Below, piece after piece: positions 1-9,803 of a DNA stretch of 64,000 bases; the first letter of the stretch is position 1; each line of letters begins with the position of its first letter. Position numbers and translations under genes: made by a program. The notes under the pieces are model-generated. The model was not told where the DNA came from and did no database searches. It saw only the letters and a program-made list of their open reading frames with translations. The stretch is from IMG/VR virus record IMGVR_UViG_3300037466_002257. One strand, given 5' to 3'. The DNA comes from an uncultured virus (IMG/VR IMGVR_UViG_3300037466_002257) (Duplodnaviria; Heunggongvirae; Uroviricota; Caudoviricetes).

Positions 1-2
1 TC

Positions 3-902
3 GAGGCCAAGGGCATCTACGTCAGCCCCTTCGACGCACCGGCCATCATCACGCCCACGTCGCTCCTGAAGGCGATGGTCGAGTACGCCCGGTTCTCCGA
101 GTTCGTCAACCAGAACCTCGGGCAGACCAGCGAGGAGGTGTCCGAGTCGCTCGTGCTGGAGGACATCGTCAACGCGACGACGACGGACGACCTGAGATCG
201 ACCACCGTGCACGCGTTCGGCGCCGACATGGGGCTGATCTGCCACGTCGTCATCTCGCGCATGACCCTCGAAGGGCAGTGGATCGTCGTGCACCGCGAGC
301 GGGTGCCGCTTGCGAAGTTCGATGAGCGGCGCAGGCAGCTCAAGGCGCAGTTCAACTGCGTCATCAGCGTGATCGACAGCCAGCCCTACGTCGATCTGGT
401 GCTGCGGGTGCAGCAGACCGACAAGAACGCGTTCGGCGCGGTGTACGTGAACTCGAAGCTGCCCGAGGTGTTCCGCGTGAAGATGGCCGACCCGGACGCC
501 GAGGCCGGGAAGCTGCCGATCCACGTCGTCCAGGTCATGAAGGACAAGGCGCTGGACGAGCTGCTGGGCAAGTTCAAGAACAAGGAGGTGGTGATCCAGC
601 ACTCGGGCGATCAGGACCTCGAAGACGAGTTCCAGAAGCAGCTTCTGGACATGAAGCGGGTGCAGGAGTTCGACGAGCATCAGGAGCTGAGCTATGTGTG
701 GGTGAAGTCGCCTGCGGCGAACGACCACTTCCACAACGCGATGCTCTACTCCTACATCGCCTGCCGCCTGCGCGGCACCGTCAGCCGCAGCGTGGGCCTC
801 GGCGGCGTGCCGCTGGTCTCGAAGGCCCGGATCGCGCCGATCCAGCGCCAGGCAGCCCACCTTGCGCCGCGCGGGCCGCAGATCATCGGATCGTCGCGCT
901 GA
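3..902 (+). CDS. terL: Terminase large subunit, C-terminal nuclease part (5'-truncated by window edge)
   Basis: Frame open from window start; FVNQNLG, GADMG acidic motif and C-terminal NDHFHNAMLY resemble TerL nuclease domains; directly upstream of portal. Confidence 0.8.
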   Translation, partial: EAKGIYVSPFDAPAIITPTSLLKAMVEYARFSEFVNQNLGQTSEEVSESLVLEDIVNATTTDDLRSTTVHAFGADMGLICHVVISRMTLEGQWIVVHRERVPLAKFDERRRQLKAQFNCVISVIDSQPYVDLVLRVQQTDKNAFGAVYVNSKLPEVFRVKMADPDAEAGKLPIHVVQVMKDKALDELLGKFKNKEVVIQHSGDQDLEDEFQKQLLDMKRVQEFDEHQELSYVWVKSPAANDHFHNAMLYSYIACRLRGTVSRSVGLGGVPLVSKARIAPIQRQAAHLAPRGPQIIGSSR

Positions 903-908
903 AACGAC

Positions 909-934
909 AAACCCCGGCGAGGACGCCGGGGTTT
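909..934 (+). terminator. Intrinsic terminator-like hairpin after terL
   Basis: AAACCCCGGCG-AGGA-CGCCGGGGTTT inverted repeat just after the stop. Confidence 0.6.
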
Positions 935-1027
935 GAAGGGTGCCGGAAGACGGGCGGCACCGATGGCAACACCAAACTCAAGGACTTGCGGCGCTTCACA
1001 GCGGGGCGCCCCGAATATAGCTGAGGT

Positions 1028-1056
1028 TTGACAGCTCAGCAATGGGTCGCGACAAT
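1028..1056 (+). promoter_or_regulatory. Sigma70-type promoter for portal, probably leaderless
   Basis: TTGACA-17-GACAAT; ATG 1064 lies 7 nt after the -10; GCTCAGCA box in spacer. Confidence 0.65.
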
Positions 1057-1063
1057 GCCGCCC

Positions 1064-2665
1064 ATGCTCGACCGTATCCGCTCCCTCTTCAGGCTGAAAG
1101 GCACTTTGCCCGCGTCCGGTGGCGGCAAGGTCAAGTCCGCGCCCGGCGCCAAGGCGGGGGCGAGCGGCATGCTGGCGCCACCGACGCCGCCGAAGGTCAA
1201 GAACGGCCAGATGACGGTCCCGTCGTACATGACGACGAACGCCGCGCAGACCTCGGCGCGGCCGAAGAACGACCTGAACCTGGCGAACGTGGACATCGTC
1301 AACACGTACCGGTTCGGCGCCGATACGGACACGACGATCCGCTCGCTCGCACGCGGCAACCCCGACTTCGCCGCTGCCATCTCCGGCCACCTGCGCCTCG
1401 GCATCCCCGAGAAGTACGTCGCCATCGCCTACGACCTGCAGGGCAACTTCAACCTCGAAGGCACGCAGTTCTGCCTGCAGTTCCTCGACCGGCTGAACAC
1501 GATGCCCGGCTACGACGTGGGCTTCAACCCGACGAACGCGATGCAGTCGCTCGGCGAGAGCCTTGCGAAGGAGATGCTGCTGGTCGGCGGCGTCGGCATG
1601 GAGCTGGTGCTGAACAAGGCGCGGCAGCCCGCCTTCTTCGCGCCCATCAGCGTCGGCGGCCAGCGCTTCCGCTTCTACGACGACTGGAGCGGCGGCACGA
1701 AGACGCTGCGGCCGGTGCAGGTCGTGGGCGGCGAGGAGATCGACCTCGACGTGCCGAACTTCTTCATGACGTGGCTCGACCCGAGCGTGATCGACCCGTA
1801 CCCGCAGCCGCCGCTGGAGTCGGCCATCCAGCCGGTGCTGGCCGGATCGACCTTCCTGAACGACCTGCGGCGCCTGTGCGAGCGGCACGTCTACCCGCGC
1901 ATCCACTGCACGGTGGACGGCGAGAAGCTCAAGGGCCTGATGTCCGAGGAGCAGCTTCTGGACAGCGACAAGCGCGTCGCCTTCCTGAACGAGACGTTCG
2001 CCACCATCCAGGACACGGTGAACAACCTCGGCGTCGAGGAAGCGCTGGTGCACTTCGACTTCCTCGACGTGCAGTACGTCGAGGGGCAGGACGGCGACGT
2101 GCCGAACACGTTCGACACCGTCAAGGGCATCTACGACGCGAAGATCGCCACCGGAGCGCGCTCGATGCCCTCCTTGCTCGGGCACGGCTCGGGCAGCCAG
2201 AACATCGCCTCGACCGAAACGCTGCTCGGGATGCTCACGGCCAACGGCCTCGTGCGGCTGAAGCTGCAGGAGATGTTCTCCAAGGGCCTGACGCTCGGCG
2301 CGAACCTGATGGGCCTGCCCGTGGTCGTGAAGTTCGAGTACGACGACATCGACCTGCGTCCGGCGACCGAGCTGGAGGCGTTCAAGGCGCAGCGGCAGTC
2401 GCGCTGGCTGGAGCTAGTCTCGCTCGGGTACATGACCGACGAGGAGTTCTGCCTGCGCACGCTGTACCGGCTGCCGCCGACTGGCTTCACGCCGCGCTGG
2501 AACACCGAGTTCATGCAGCAGGCCGGTCTCGGCCGCCAGGCCGACGCGATGGGCAACAACTACTCCGGCACAGGCGTCGGCGGCGGCCAGTCGGGCGGCG
2601 GCGCCGCCAACCAGTCGCGCACGCCGCAGACGCCCACCGGCAAGCGTGGAGGGAACGGCAAATGA
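1064..2665 (+). CDS. Portal protein (alternative starts 1055 or 1028)
   Basis: About 530 aa, follows TerL and precedes head genes; low-complexity Gly-rich C-terminus. Confidence 0.75.
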   Translation: MLDRIRSLFRLKGTLPASGGGKVKSAPGAKAGASGMLAPPTPPKVKNGQMTVPSYMTTNAAQTSARPKNDLNLANVDIVNTYRFGADTDTTIRSLARGNPDFAAAISGHLRLGIPEKYVAIAYDLQGNFNLEGTQFCLQFLDRLNTMPGYDVGFNPTNAMQSLGESLAKEMLLVGGVGMELVLNKARQPAFFAPISVGGQRFRFYDDWSGGTKTLRPVQVVGGEEIDLDVPNFFMTWLDPSVIDPYPQPPLESAIQPVLAGSTFLNDLRRLCERHVYPRIHCTVDGEKLKGLMSEEQLLDSDKRVAFLNETFATIQDTVNNLGVEEALVHFDFLDVQYVEGQDGDVPNTFDTVKGIYDAKIATGARSMPSLLGHGSGSQNIASTETLLGMLTANGLVRLKLQEMFSKGLTLGANLMGLPVVVKFEYDDIDLRPATELEAFKAQRQSRWLELVSLGYMTDEEFCLRTLYRLPPTGFTPRWNTEFMQQAGLGRQADAMGNNYSGTGVGGGQSGGGAANQSRTPQTPTGKRGGNGK

Positions 2666-2991
2666 CAGTCAAGCTCCCCTTCAAGAAGGGCGCCTCCTTC
2701 AGCTTCGGCGGCACCGTGGCGCTGCCTGCGGCGACGACCTGGACGGCGCAGTCGCAGGTGCGCGACGCGGGCGGCGGTCTGGTGGCCGACCTCACCGTCA
2801 CGCTCACGCCGTTGGCGCCGCCGACGGCCGACGCGACGCACGCGATCCTGCTCGTCACGGCGGCCGACACGAGCGCGTGGGAAGGCCCGCTGTTCTTCGA
2901 CGTGGTGTACGTGAGCGCCGATGGCACCTCGAAGGTGCCGTCGGACACCGTGGAAATCGACCTGCAGCCGGGAGTGACCGTCGTTGGCTAA
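2662..2991 (+). CDS. Virion structural protein, beta-rich, possible fibre anchor
   Basis: 109 aa [15 protein letters not shown]...FDVVY; ATGA overlap with portal stop; precedes collagen-like fibre. Confidence 0.55.
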   Translation: MTVKLPFKKGASFSFGGTVALPAATTWTAQSQVRDAGGGLVADLTVTLTPLAPPTADATHAILLVTAADTSAWEGPLFFDVVYVSADGTSKVPSDTVEIDLQPGVTVVG

Positions 2992-4675
2992 TCTCGTCCT
3001 CACCCCAACGTACAGCGTCGCCACTGTCCTGCAGGACGGTGACTCGAAAGTCACTTTGCGCCCGTCCACGACGCCGGTCAGCCTGGAGCTGCAGGCGCTG
3101 CTGAAGGGCGACAAGGGCGTTCAGGGCGATCCGGGGCCGACCGGCGCGACCGGCGACACCGGGCCGACCGGCCCGCAGGGTCTGCAGGGACCACAGGGCG
3201 ACACGGGTCCGCAGGGGCCGAAGGGCGACACAGGCGCCACGGGTCCGCAGGGGCCTGCAGGCGCCACCGGACCGCAAGGCCCGCAGGGCGCCACTGGCCC
3301 GCAGGGTCCGCAAGGTGACACAGGCGCAACCGGCGCCACCGGCCCTGCCGGGCCGGGCCTTGCGCCGGGCGGCCTTGCGGGGCAGATTGCGGCCAAGGCG
3401 AGCGGCGCCGACTTCGACGTGATCTGGATCGACCCGCCGAACCCGAACTGGGGCCACATTGGCGGCAGCATTACGGACCAGGCTGACCTGCAAGCAGCGC
3501 TTGCGACGAACCTGAGCGACGCGAAGGGCTACACCGACACCAAGGTGGCCGCGCTGGCAGCGGTGGCCTCGACAGGCGCGTATGCAGACCTGACAGGCAA
3601 GCCGACGCTGTTCGATGGGACGTGGGCTTCGCTCACTGGCAAGCCGACCTTCGCGACGGTGGCAACCAGCGGGCTTTACAGCGACCTCTCGGGCAAGCCA
3701 GTTCTCGCCACCGTCGCCACCAGCGGCAGCTATACCGACCTGAGCAACAAGCCCACGGCGGCGAGCCTCGGCGCGCTCACCGGCCCGGCTGGCGCGGACC
3801 TGCAGGTCCAGTTCAATGACGGGGGCACGCTCGCAGGCAGCTCGGGCCTCACCTACGCCAAGGCATCGCAGACGCTCAGTGTGGGCGGGAACCTCAACGT
3901 CACGGCCAGCCTCAGCGCGCAGAACGTCGGGGCGACCAACTCGGTGTCCTCGCCGCTGTTCACGAACGCAGCGTTTACCGCCAAGTTCATCCCGGAGGCG
4001 GCCGATACGTGGGCGCTTCAACGCAGCACGAACGCGCAAGCCTTTCGCGCGTACAAGACGTACACGGATGCGTCCAACTATGAGCGCGGTGTCTTCGACT
4101 GGCAGGCGACCGCGAACGTCCTGACCATCGGCGCGCAGGCTGCTGGCACCGGCACGCTGCGCGCCGTGGCCTTCGTAGGCGCCTCATTCTCGTTCAACAA
4201 TCCGATCACGCAGGGCAACCTGACGCTCGCAAGCAACGGCATCACGTTGAGCGACTGGCTGGGCCCCATCGGCTGGAACGCGAACGCGAAGTTCTACCTC
4301 GCGGACTCAAGCAACGGAGCAGGCATCGAGCTGCGCACGACATGGAACAGCGCGGCCACGGTGATGCCCGGCTTCCGCGTGAAGGTGACGGACACCGCCA
4401 GCGCGGCGGGATCGCGCATCTTCGACGGCGTGGTGGGGGCCGCATCGGTGGCTTATATCGTGAAAACCGGGCAGATCGTCGGCTCGTCGATCACCACGCC
4501 TCCGGTCACAGTTGCAAACCTGCCAAACGCGGCCACCGTGGGCGATGGCACCCGCCACTGCGTGACGGACAGCACGCTGGCCCTCACCAGCGCAAACATC
4601 GGCGCCACCGTCACGGGTGGCGGCACGAACAAAACCCCGGTAATCACCCTTGGCGGCGCTTGGAAGATCGGCTAA
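2984..4675 (+). CDS. Collagen-like fibre protein (possible head fibre)
   Basis: 27 consecutive Gly-X-Y triplets, four (Y/W)xxLxxKP repeats, beta-rich C-terminus; TTG start with GGAG upstream. Confidence 0.8.
   Translation: MANLVLTPTYSVATVLQDGDSKVTLRPSTTPVSLELQALLKGDKGVQGDPGPTGATGDTGPTGPQGLQGPQGDTGPQGPKGDTGATGPQGPAGATGPQGPQGATGPQGPQGDTGATGATGPAGPGLAPGGLAGQIAAKASGADFDVIWIDPPNPNWGHIGGSITDQADLQAALATNLSDAKGYTDTKVAALAAVASTGAYADLTGKPTLFDGTWASLTGKPTFATVATSGLYSDLSGKPVLATVATSGSYTDLSNKPTAASLGALTGPAGADLQVQFNDGGTLAGSSGLTYAKASQTLSVGGNLNVTASLSAQNVGATNSVSSPLFTNAAFTAKFIPEAADTWALQRSTNAQAFRAYKTYTDASNYERGVFDWQATANVLTIGAQAAGTGTLRAVAFVGASFSFNNPITQGNLTLASNGITLSDWLGPIGWNANAKFYLADSSNGAGIELRTTWNSAATVMPGFRVKVTDTASAAGSRIFDGVVGAASVAYIVKTGQIVGSSITTPPVTVANLPNAATVGDGTRHCVTDSTLALTSANIGATVTGGGTNKTPVITLGGAWKIG
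3107..3349 (+). repeat. Collagen Gly-X-Y coding repeat
   Basis: [24 protein letters not shown] ... GPA, 27 triplets. Confidence 0.95.
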
Positions 4676-4690
4676 CCAAAGGAGAACGAC

Positions 4691-4945
4691 ATGACGAAAC
4701 GAACGAATCCGCTGCCCCCGCAGCAACCCCCGCTCAAGCAGCCGGAGGCCCCGAAGGTCCCCGCCGTGAACATCGCATACACCCAGGAGGAACTCGAAGC
4801 GCTCCTGCAGGTCTGCGATGCGGCCCTCAGAGGCCACGGCCTCCAGATCGTCGGGCAGGCCCAGCACATCGCCGGTAAGGCGCTTGCCGCACGCCAGCAC
4901 CTCGCCGCGCTCGCCGCGCAGGGTGAGCAAGGAGACAGGGCATGA
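4691..4945 (+). CDS. Hypothetical protein (fibre cassette)
   Basis: 84 aa, strong SD AAAGGAG. Confidence 0.7.
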   Translation: MTKRTNPLPPQQPPLKQPEAPKVPAVNIAYTQEELEALLQVCDAALRGHGLQIVGQAQHIAGKALAARQHLAALAAQGEQGDRA

Positions 4946-5418
4946 CGCAATCGACCGCGACCATCACCTACGACTCCTCGCTGGAGCTGGGCATCACGGC
5001 GGCCCGTCTGGACCACAACAAGACGCTCCCCGCGACGATTCCCGACCCGGCCAACCCCGGTCAGGAGATTCCGAACCCGGACCTCATCGCGGACAACCTG
5101 ACGTACATCCAGCTTCGAGGCCTCTCGATGCTCCAGAGCTGGTACGACACCAACCAGGGGGCCTTCCGCATCCCGACCGGCGACTGGCTGCAGCGCTGGA
5201 CAGCCGAAGAGAAGAAGGCGATCCGCGCGATGGGCGCGGCCAACCCGCAGATTCAGGGCTGGCTGGACCGCCTCGACGTGGAGCCAGTCGTCAAGCTGTC
5301 CGATCCCGACGTTGTCACGGGCGTGCCCGCCATCTGCGCCGCGCTGGAGCAGCAGGGTCTGATTCCGGCCGGAAGTGCCAACGCCCGCGCCGCCGAAATC
5401 ACGGCGCTGGCGCTTTGA
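4942..5418 (+). CDS. Putative fibre assembly chaperone
   Basis: C-terminal VKLSDPDVVTGV...LEQQGLI...RAAEI pattern resembles small proteins found next to phage fibres; ATGA overlap. Confidence 0.5.
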   Translation: MTQSTATITYDSSLELGITAARLDHNKTLPATIPDPANPGQEIPNPDLIADNLTYIQLRGLSMLQSWYDTNQGAFRIPTGDWLQRWTAEEKKAIRAMGAANPQIQGWLDRLDVEPVVKLSDPDVVTGVPAICAALEQQGLIPAGSANARAAEITALAL

Positions 5419-5426
5419 TGAGCTGC

Positions 5427-5455
5427 TTGCGCAAAGTGACTTTTTAGTCCACACT
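5427..5455 (+). promoter_or_regulatory. Putative promoter with AAAG-N3-CTTT operator in spacer
   Basis: TTGCGC-17-CACACT, AAAGTGACTTT at 5433-5443, ATG 8 nt downstream, no SD. Confidence 0.5.
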
Positions 5456-5463
5456 CCGCGCCC

Positions 5464-6966
5464 ATGAAGCTCAGCCGTATCGCCCTCGCCTCTGCCCTCG
5501 CCTGCGGCTCGTGGTTCGGGTCCGAAGCCGCCCAGCACACGCTGCTGGAGGCGCTGTCGGCCGCCGCGACGCTGGAGGCCCAAGGCATCGAAGCCGTCAA
5601 GATGCACATCAAGGCGTCGGGCGGCGGCACCGGCAGCACCGGCTTCGAGCTGCCCCCGATGTACCAGGTCAAGGACGGCGTCGCCGTCCTGTCCATCGAC
5701 GGCCCGCTCGTGACCGGCTCCACCGGCTGGATGCGCCTGTTCGGCATCGTCGGCTACGACGACATCCGGCAGGCCGCCGACGACGCGGTGTCGCAGAAAA
5801 ACGTCAAGTCGGTCATGCTGCACGTCAATTCGCCGGGCGGCATGGCGGCGGGCTGCGAGGACTGCGCCGCGCATCTGAAGGCACTTTCCGAGAAGAAGCC
5901 GATGATGACCTACTCCGACACCATCATGGCGTCGGGCGGTTACTGGCTCGGCTCCGTCGGCAAGCCGATCATGGCCGGGGCCACCGCGCTGCTCGGCTCG
6001 GTGGGCGTCATCATGACGCACGTCGATGTCTCGAAGGCCAACGCGAATGCGGGCCGCACCGTCACGGTGATCCGCGCAGGCGAGCATAAGCAGCTTGCGA
6101 ATTCGAACGAGCCGCTCTCGGACAAGGCGCGTGCCCACCTCGAGGGTCTTGGCGAGCAGCTCTACTCGGTCTTCCGCGACAACGTGGCGGCCAACCTGGG
6201 CGTGTCCACCGAGAAGTTCGACAAGACGATGGGCCGTGGACGCGAGTTCATGGGCCAGCAGGCCGTGGATGCAGGCCTTGCGTCGAAGGTCGCCACCTTC
6301 GATCAGGCATTCGCGTATGCGAAAACGCTTGACGCGTCCAGCTCAGCAGTACAGAATCCGCGCAATCCGAAAGGGAACACGAACATGAAAGCCACTTTGT
6401 CCGTCGCGTACCTGATGAAGCTCTTCGCTGGCGCAGGTGTCGCCAGCCTCGACTTCGCCAAGGCCGAGGCCTGTGCCTCCGGCCAAGCGCCCGATGCCGA
6501 AGCGCAGCAGCTCCTGCGCGCGCAGGCCATCGAGATCAGCGCGGGCGTGAAGGACGCGAGCGCCGAAGCGGTGCGCGTCGCGACCGAAACGCTGAACGCC
6601 AAGGTCACCGACGTGGAGGCCAAGCTCTCCGTCGCCAACACCGAGCTGGGTGCCCTGCGTACCACGAACGCCGCGCTGCTCGAATCGAGCAAGACGCTCG
6701 AAGCGTCCGTCGCCGCCGCCGACTCCGTCGTGCACGCCTCGCTGTCGGCGATGTGCGTGGCGCTGAAGCAGGCCGAGCCGAAGGCCGAGCTGAAGGGCGC
6801 CGAGCTGCTCGCCGAGCACAAGCGCGTGGCCGACGAGTTCGCCGCCAAGTTCCCCGGCCAGCGCGTGAGCGCCGCGCCGTCCGCCGAGTCGCAGCAGACC
6901 CCGAACAAGGGTGCCAGCGCCGAGGTCCCGATGTTCGCCCGTGTGGCTGCCGCCGCCCGCGCCTAA
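5464..6966 (+). CDS. S49 (SppA-like) prohead protease with C-terminal scaffold region
   Basis: HVNSPGG, MASGGYWL (catalytic Ser), GSVGV motifs; helical C-terminal third. Confidence 0.9.
   Translation: MKLSRIALASALACGSWFGSEAAQHTLLEALSAAATLEAQGIEAVKMHIKASGGGTGSTGFELPPMYQVKDGVAVLSIDGPLVTGSTGWMRLFGIVGYDDIRQAADDAVSQKNVKSVMLHVNSPGGMAAGCEDCAAHLKALSEKKPMMTYSDTIMASGGYWLGSVGKPIMAGATALLGSVGVIMTHVDVSKANANAGRTVTVIRAGEHKQLANSNEPLSDKARAHLEGLGEQLYSVFRDNVAANLGVSTEKFDKTMGRGREFMGQQAVDAGLASKVATFDQAFAYAKTLDASSSAVQNPRNPKGNTNMKATLSVAYLMKLFAGAGVASLDFAKAEACASGQAPDAEAQQLLRAQAIEISAGVKDASAEAVRVATETLNAKVTDVEAKLSVANTELGALRTTNAALLESSKTLEASVAAADSVVHASLSAMCVALKQAEPKAELKGAELLAEHKRVADEFAAKFPGQRVSAAPSAESQQTPNKGASAEVPMFARVAAAARA
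6329..6357 (+). promoter_or_regulatory. Putative internal promoter for scaffold/capsid genes
   Basis: TTGACG-17-CAGAAT with GCTCAGCA in spacer, upstream of internal SD/ATG 6385. Confidence 0.45.
6385..6966 (+). CDS. Putative nested capsid scaffolding protein (in-frame internal start)
   Basis: GAAAGGGA SD 8 nt before in-frame ATG; analogous to lambda C/Nu3. Confidence 0.6.
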   Translation: MKATLSVAYLMKLFAGAGVASLDFAKAEACASGQAPDAEAQQLLRAQAIEISAGVKDASAEAVRVATETLNAKVTDVEAKLSVANTELGALRTTNAALLESSKTLEASVAAADSVVHASLSAMCVALKQAEPKAELKGAELLAEHKRVADEFAAKFPGQRVSAAPSAESQQTPNKGASAEVPMFARVAAAARA

Positions 6967-6993
6967 TTTCAACCCAGCCCACAGGAGATCGAC

Positions 6994-7533
6994 ATGGCTC
7001 GCAAGTTCTTCTACGGCCCCACCGCTCCGGCCTCCGCGTCCATCACGTCGCGGCTGGGCGTGCAGGGCACCCCCTACAACGACACCGAGATCGGCAAGCT
7101 CGTGAAGGAGTCCGGCGACTCCGGTCACGTCCTCTGCGCGGCCGGTGACCAGATCGCAGGCGTGATCTCCGGCGTGCAGACCGCCACGGCCGACGGCTAC
7201 ACCATCGGCGGCGTCAACAAGGCCGACCGCATCGTCGCGCTGGCCGACGGCCTGCAGGCCACGCCCGGCACCGGCACGCTCGCCATCGGCGATCAGGTCG
7301 TCGCCAGCTCGAACAACCCCGCGCTCGGCACCGCCCTTGCGACGTACCCGAAGGTGTGCAAGTCCACCATCCAGGTCGGCGTGACGGTTCCTGCCGACCT
7401 CACGGCCGCCGCCGCGCACATGGCGCTGCTGGCCTCCGGCAACATCTGGAAGGTGGTGTCCCTCGGCTCCGCCGGTACGGGCGCCGTCGGCACGCAGATC
7501 GTCATCGCTCGCACGATGGACCAGCCGGATTGA
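6994..7533 (+). CDS. Head decoration/cement protein
   Basis: 179 aa Gly/Ala/Thr-rich, between protease and capsid; SD CAGGAG. Confidence 0.6.
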   Translation: MARKFFYGPTAPASASITSRLGVQGTPYNDTEIGKLVKESGDSGHVLCAAGDQIAGVISGVQTATADGYTIGGVNKADRIVALADGLQATPGTGTLAIGDQVVASSNNPALGTALATYPKVCKSTIQVGVTVPADLTAAAAHMALLASGNIWKVVSLGSAGTGAVGTQIVIARTMDQPD

Positions 7534-7569
7534 TTCCACAACCGCAACTCTCCCAAGGAGCAAACTGAA

Positions 7570-8784
7570 ATGGCAAAGTTCCTCAACGCCGAAGGTGCGG
7601 TGCAGGATGTCGAAATCGGCGCCAAGGTTTACAGCGAAGCCAACGCTGCAAACCTGGGCATCGCCCAGTACATCAACCGCAAGTACCCCACGGACGCGGC
7701 CAAGTTCGGCACGACGTTCGACCAGATGCTGGCCTCTTGCGGGCTGGTGGTGCCCGATTCCAAGCTGCAGCGCGAGCTGGGCCTGCGTGCCCCGTCGATG
7801 GCCGATGTGCTGTCCGGCGCCGCGTCCTTCGAACTGGCGTCCAACACGGCGGGCATCGGTTCGCCCACCGGCTCGCAGTCGCGCACGCTGTTCCCGGCTG
7901 CCATCGTGCAGTACATGGAGACGGCGCTGGTCAAGGACTACCAGACCGACGCGAACGTGTTCGACAAGCTGATCGCGCAGACGCTGTCCATCGCGAGCGA
8001 CCGCTTCGAGCAGCCGCAGATCAACATGTCCACGCCGAACGGCCCGAACAGCGCGCTGGCCCAGCGCCGCGCCCAGCTCGCCGCGCCGGCCGCCATGATG
8101 ACCTTCACGACCAGCGACAAGATCCGCAAGGTGCCGACCTATGCGCTGGGCATGGAGTTCTCCAACGAAGCCCTGCGTGCGACCACGCTGGACCTCGTGG
8201 GTCTGTCGGTGCAGCGCCAACTGAACGTCGAGCGCGACGCGTGGGTGTACTCCTACCTGTCCGACATGTTCTCGGGCGACAACGACATCAATACCGGCTC
8301 GCTGGCCTCGCTCGGCTACACGGTGAACGCCTCGACGCTGGACGCGGCCTCCACGGGCGGCAGCCTGACGCAAGCGGCGTGGCTGAAGTTCCTGTTCCGC
8401 AACCGCAAGTACCGCAAGATCGACTGGGTGGTCTGCGATCTCGCGACGTACCTGAAGATCGAAGGTCGCTCGGGCCGCCCGTCGCTGACGGCCATCGACA
8501 CGCTCCTGCCGCGCCTGGAAGCGCAGGCCACGGTGCAGAACCCCGGCATCGGCGACGTGAAGGTCTTCCTCGTGGACGATGCTGCCAGCGGCGGCCCGAT
8601 CCCGGCAGGCACGATCCTCGGCCTGGACAGCCGCTACGCCATCGCCCGCGTGCGCAACACCAGCGCCGACGTGCAGGCCGCCGAGCAGTACGCGCTGCGC
8701 CAGGCCGAAGCCTTCTCGCTGCAGTTCGGCGAGATGTGCTACCGCCTGCACCCCGACGCGTTCGACACGCTGGTGCTCGCCTAA
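7570..8784 (+). CDS. Major capsid protein
   Basis: 404 aa, strong SD, highly biased codons, position after protease/decoration and before a terminator. Confidence 0.8.
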   Translation: MAKFLNAEGAVQDVEIGAKVYSEANAANLGIAQYINRKYPTDAAKFGTTFDQMLASCGLVVPDSKLQRELGLRAPSMADVLSGAASFELASNTAGIGSPTGSQSRTLFPAAIVQYMETALVKDYQTDANVFDKLIAQTLSIASDRFEQPQINMSTPNGPNSALAQRRAQLAAPAAMMTFTTSDKIRKVPTYALGMEFSNEALRATTLDLVGLSVQRQLNVERDAWVYSYLSDMFSGDNDINTGSLASLGYTVNASTLDAASTGGSLTQAAWLKFLFRNRKYRKIDWVVCDLATYLKIEGRSGRPSLTAIDTLLPRLEAQATVQNPGIGDVKVFLVDDAASGGPIPAGTILGLDSRYAIARVRNTSADVQAAEQYALRQAEAFSLQFGEMCYRLHPDAFDTLVLA

Positions 8785-8794
8785 GCAACCGACG

Positions 8795-8824
8795 GGGCCA
8801 GCCTTGCGGCTGGCCCTTCCTTTC
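8795..8824 (+). terminator. Intrinsic terminator after major capsid gene
   Basis: GGGCCAGCC-TTGC-GGCTGGCCC followed by TTCCTTT. Confidence 0.7.
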
Positions 8825-8849
8825 CCCACCAACCTAAAGGATAGAAAAA

Positions 8850-9212
8850 ATGCCGGAAGAAAAGAAGGACGCCGCCCCCGCGCCGGGCTACCGCTCGCTG
8901 GATCGCAAGGGCATGTGGTTCCTCTCCAAGGCGGTGTTCCCGCTGGAGGACCCCACCTTCGTGCACGAGCAGGGCAAGGGCGCCAACCTGCCGCGCTTCG
9001 AGCCGGGCAGCTACACGCAAGCCCCCGAGACCTCGTGGACCGAGGCGCAGTGGAAGGCCGGGGTGCTGGTCAAGCACACGGGCGACCCGCGCGACGAGGG
9101 CGTGCAGCCCATCGTGTACGAGGAGCCGAAGGCTGCCGCCGCGCCTGCCGCGCCTGCCGCGCCCGCCGCGCCCGAGAAGAAGGGCGAAGACGACAAGAAG
9201 GCCGCGAAGTAA
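8850..9212 (+). CDS. Hypothetical protein (head region)
   Basis: 120 aa, SD AAAGGA, Ala/Pro-rich tail. Confidence 0.75.
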   Translation: MPEEKKDAAPAPGYRSLDRKGMWFLSKAVFPLEDPTFVHEQGKGANLPRFEPGSYTQAPETSWTEAQWKAGVLVKHTGDPRDEGVQPIVYEEPKAAAAPAAPAAPAAPEKKGEDDKKAAK

Positions 9213-9232
9213 CTTTCGCCTGCCCCGCCGAC

Positions 9233-9259
9233 CAGCCGCCTGCGGGCGGCTGTTCTTTT
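9233..9259 (+). terminator. Intrinsic terminator-like hairpin
   Basis: CAGCCGCC-TGCG-GGCGGCTG followed by TTCTTTT. Confidence 0.65.
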
Positions 9260-9288
9260 GCCCGTTGCTGAGCTACACTGCCGCCATC

Positions 9289-9801
9289 ATGACCCTCGCC
9301 CTGTCCGACTTCACCAACAACGACACCGTTCGCGGCCTGTTGGGCGTGAGCGAGGACGAGATCGAGGACCAAGACTTCGACGCGCTCGCGGCGGGCAACC
9401 TGCTGAGCGTGACGATGGCGCTGGAGGACGTGAACAGCGGCATTCCCGACATGTTCGAGACCGTCAAGAACGTCTCGGTCGCCAGCCGCACCGCGCTGCA
9501 GACGCGCTTCTACAGCGTCGTGCGCCTGTTCGCCCAGTACACGGTCGCCGACCTGATCGCCAACGGCGCGGTGGCGATGTTCGCCCCGGTCGTCATCCAG
9601 GACGGCAAGACCGCGATGCAGCAGCGTGCGGACGACCCGTACACGCCCCTGCGCACGGCGATCAAGGCCTCGCTCGTGCTGTGGCGTTCGCGCCTGATCG
9701 ACGTGGCGGGCCGCCTGGACGCGAGCCTTGCGACGACACCCAAGACGCTCACCCTGATCGGGGCCGCAGGCCTGCCCGCCGATCCTGTCACCGGGAGCTG
9801 A
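9289..9801 (+). CDS. Putative head-tail adaptor
   Basis: 170 aa helical protein starting the joining cluster; TACACT -10-like box at 9274. Confidence 0.55.
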   Translation: MTLALSDFTNNDTVRGLLGVSEDEIEDQDFDALAAGNLLSVTMALEDVNSGIPDMFETVKNVSVASRTALQTRFYSVVRLFAQYTVADLIANGAVAMFAPVVIQDGKTAMQQRADDPYTPLRTAIKASLVLWRSRLIDVAGRLDASLATTPKTLTLIGAAGLPADPVTGS

Positions 9802-9803
9802 CC

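Noticed and set aside
9134..9173. GCCGCGCCT tandem 9-mer
   Set aside because: Codes a low-complexity AAP linker
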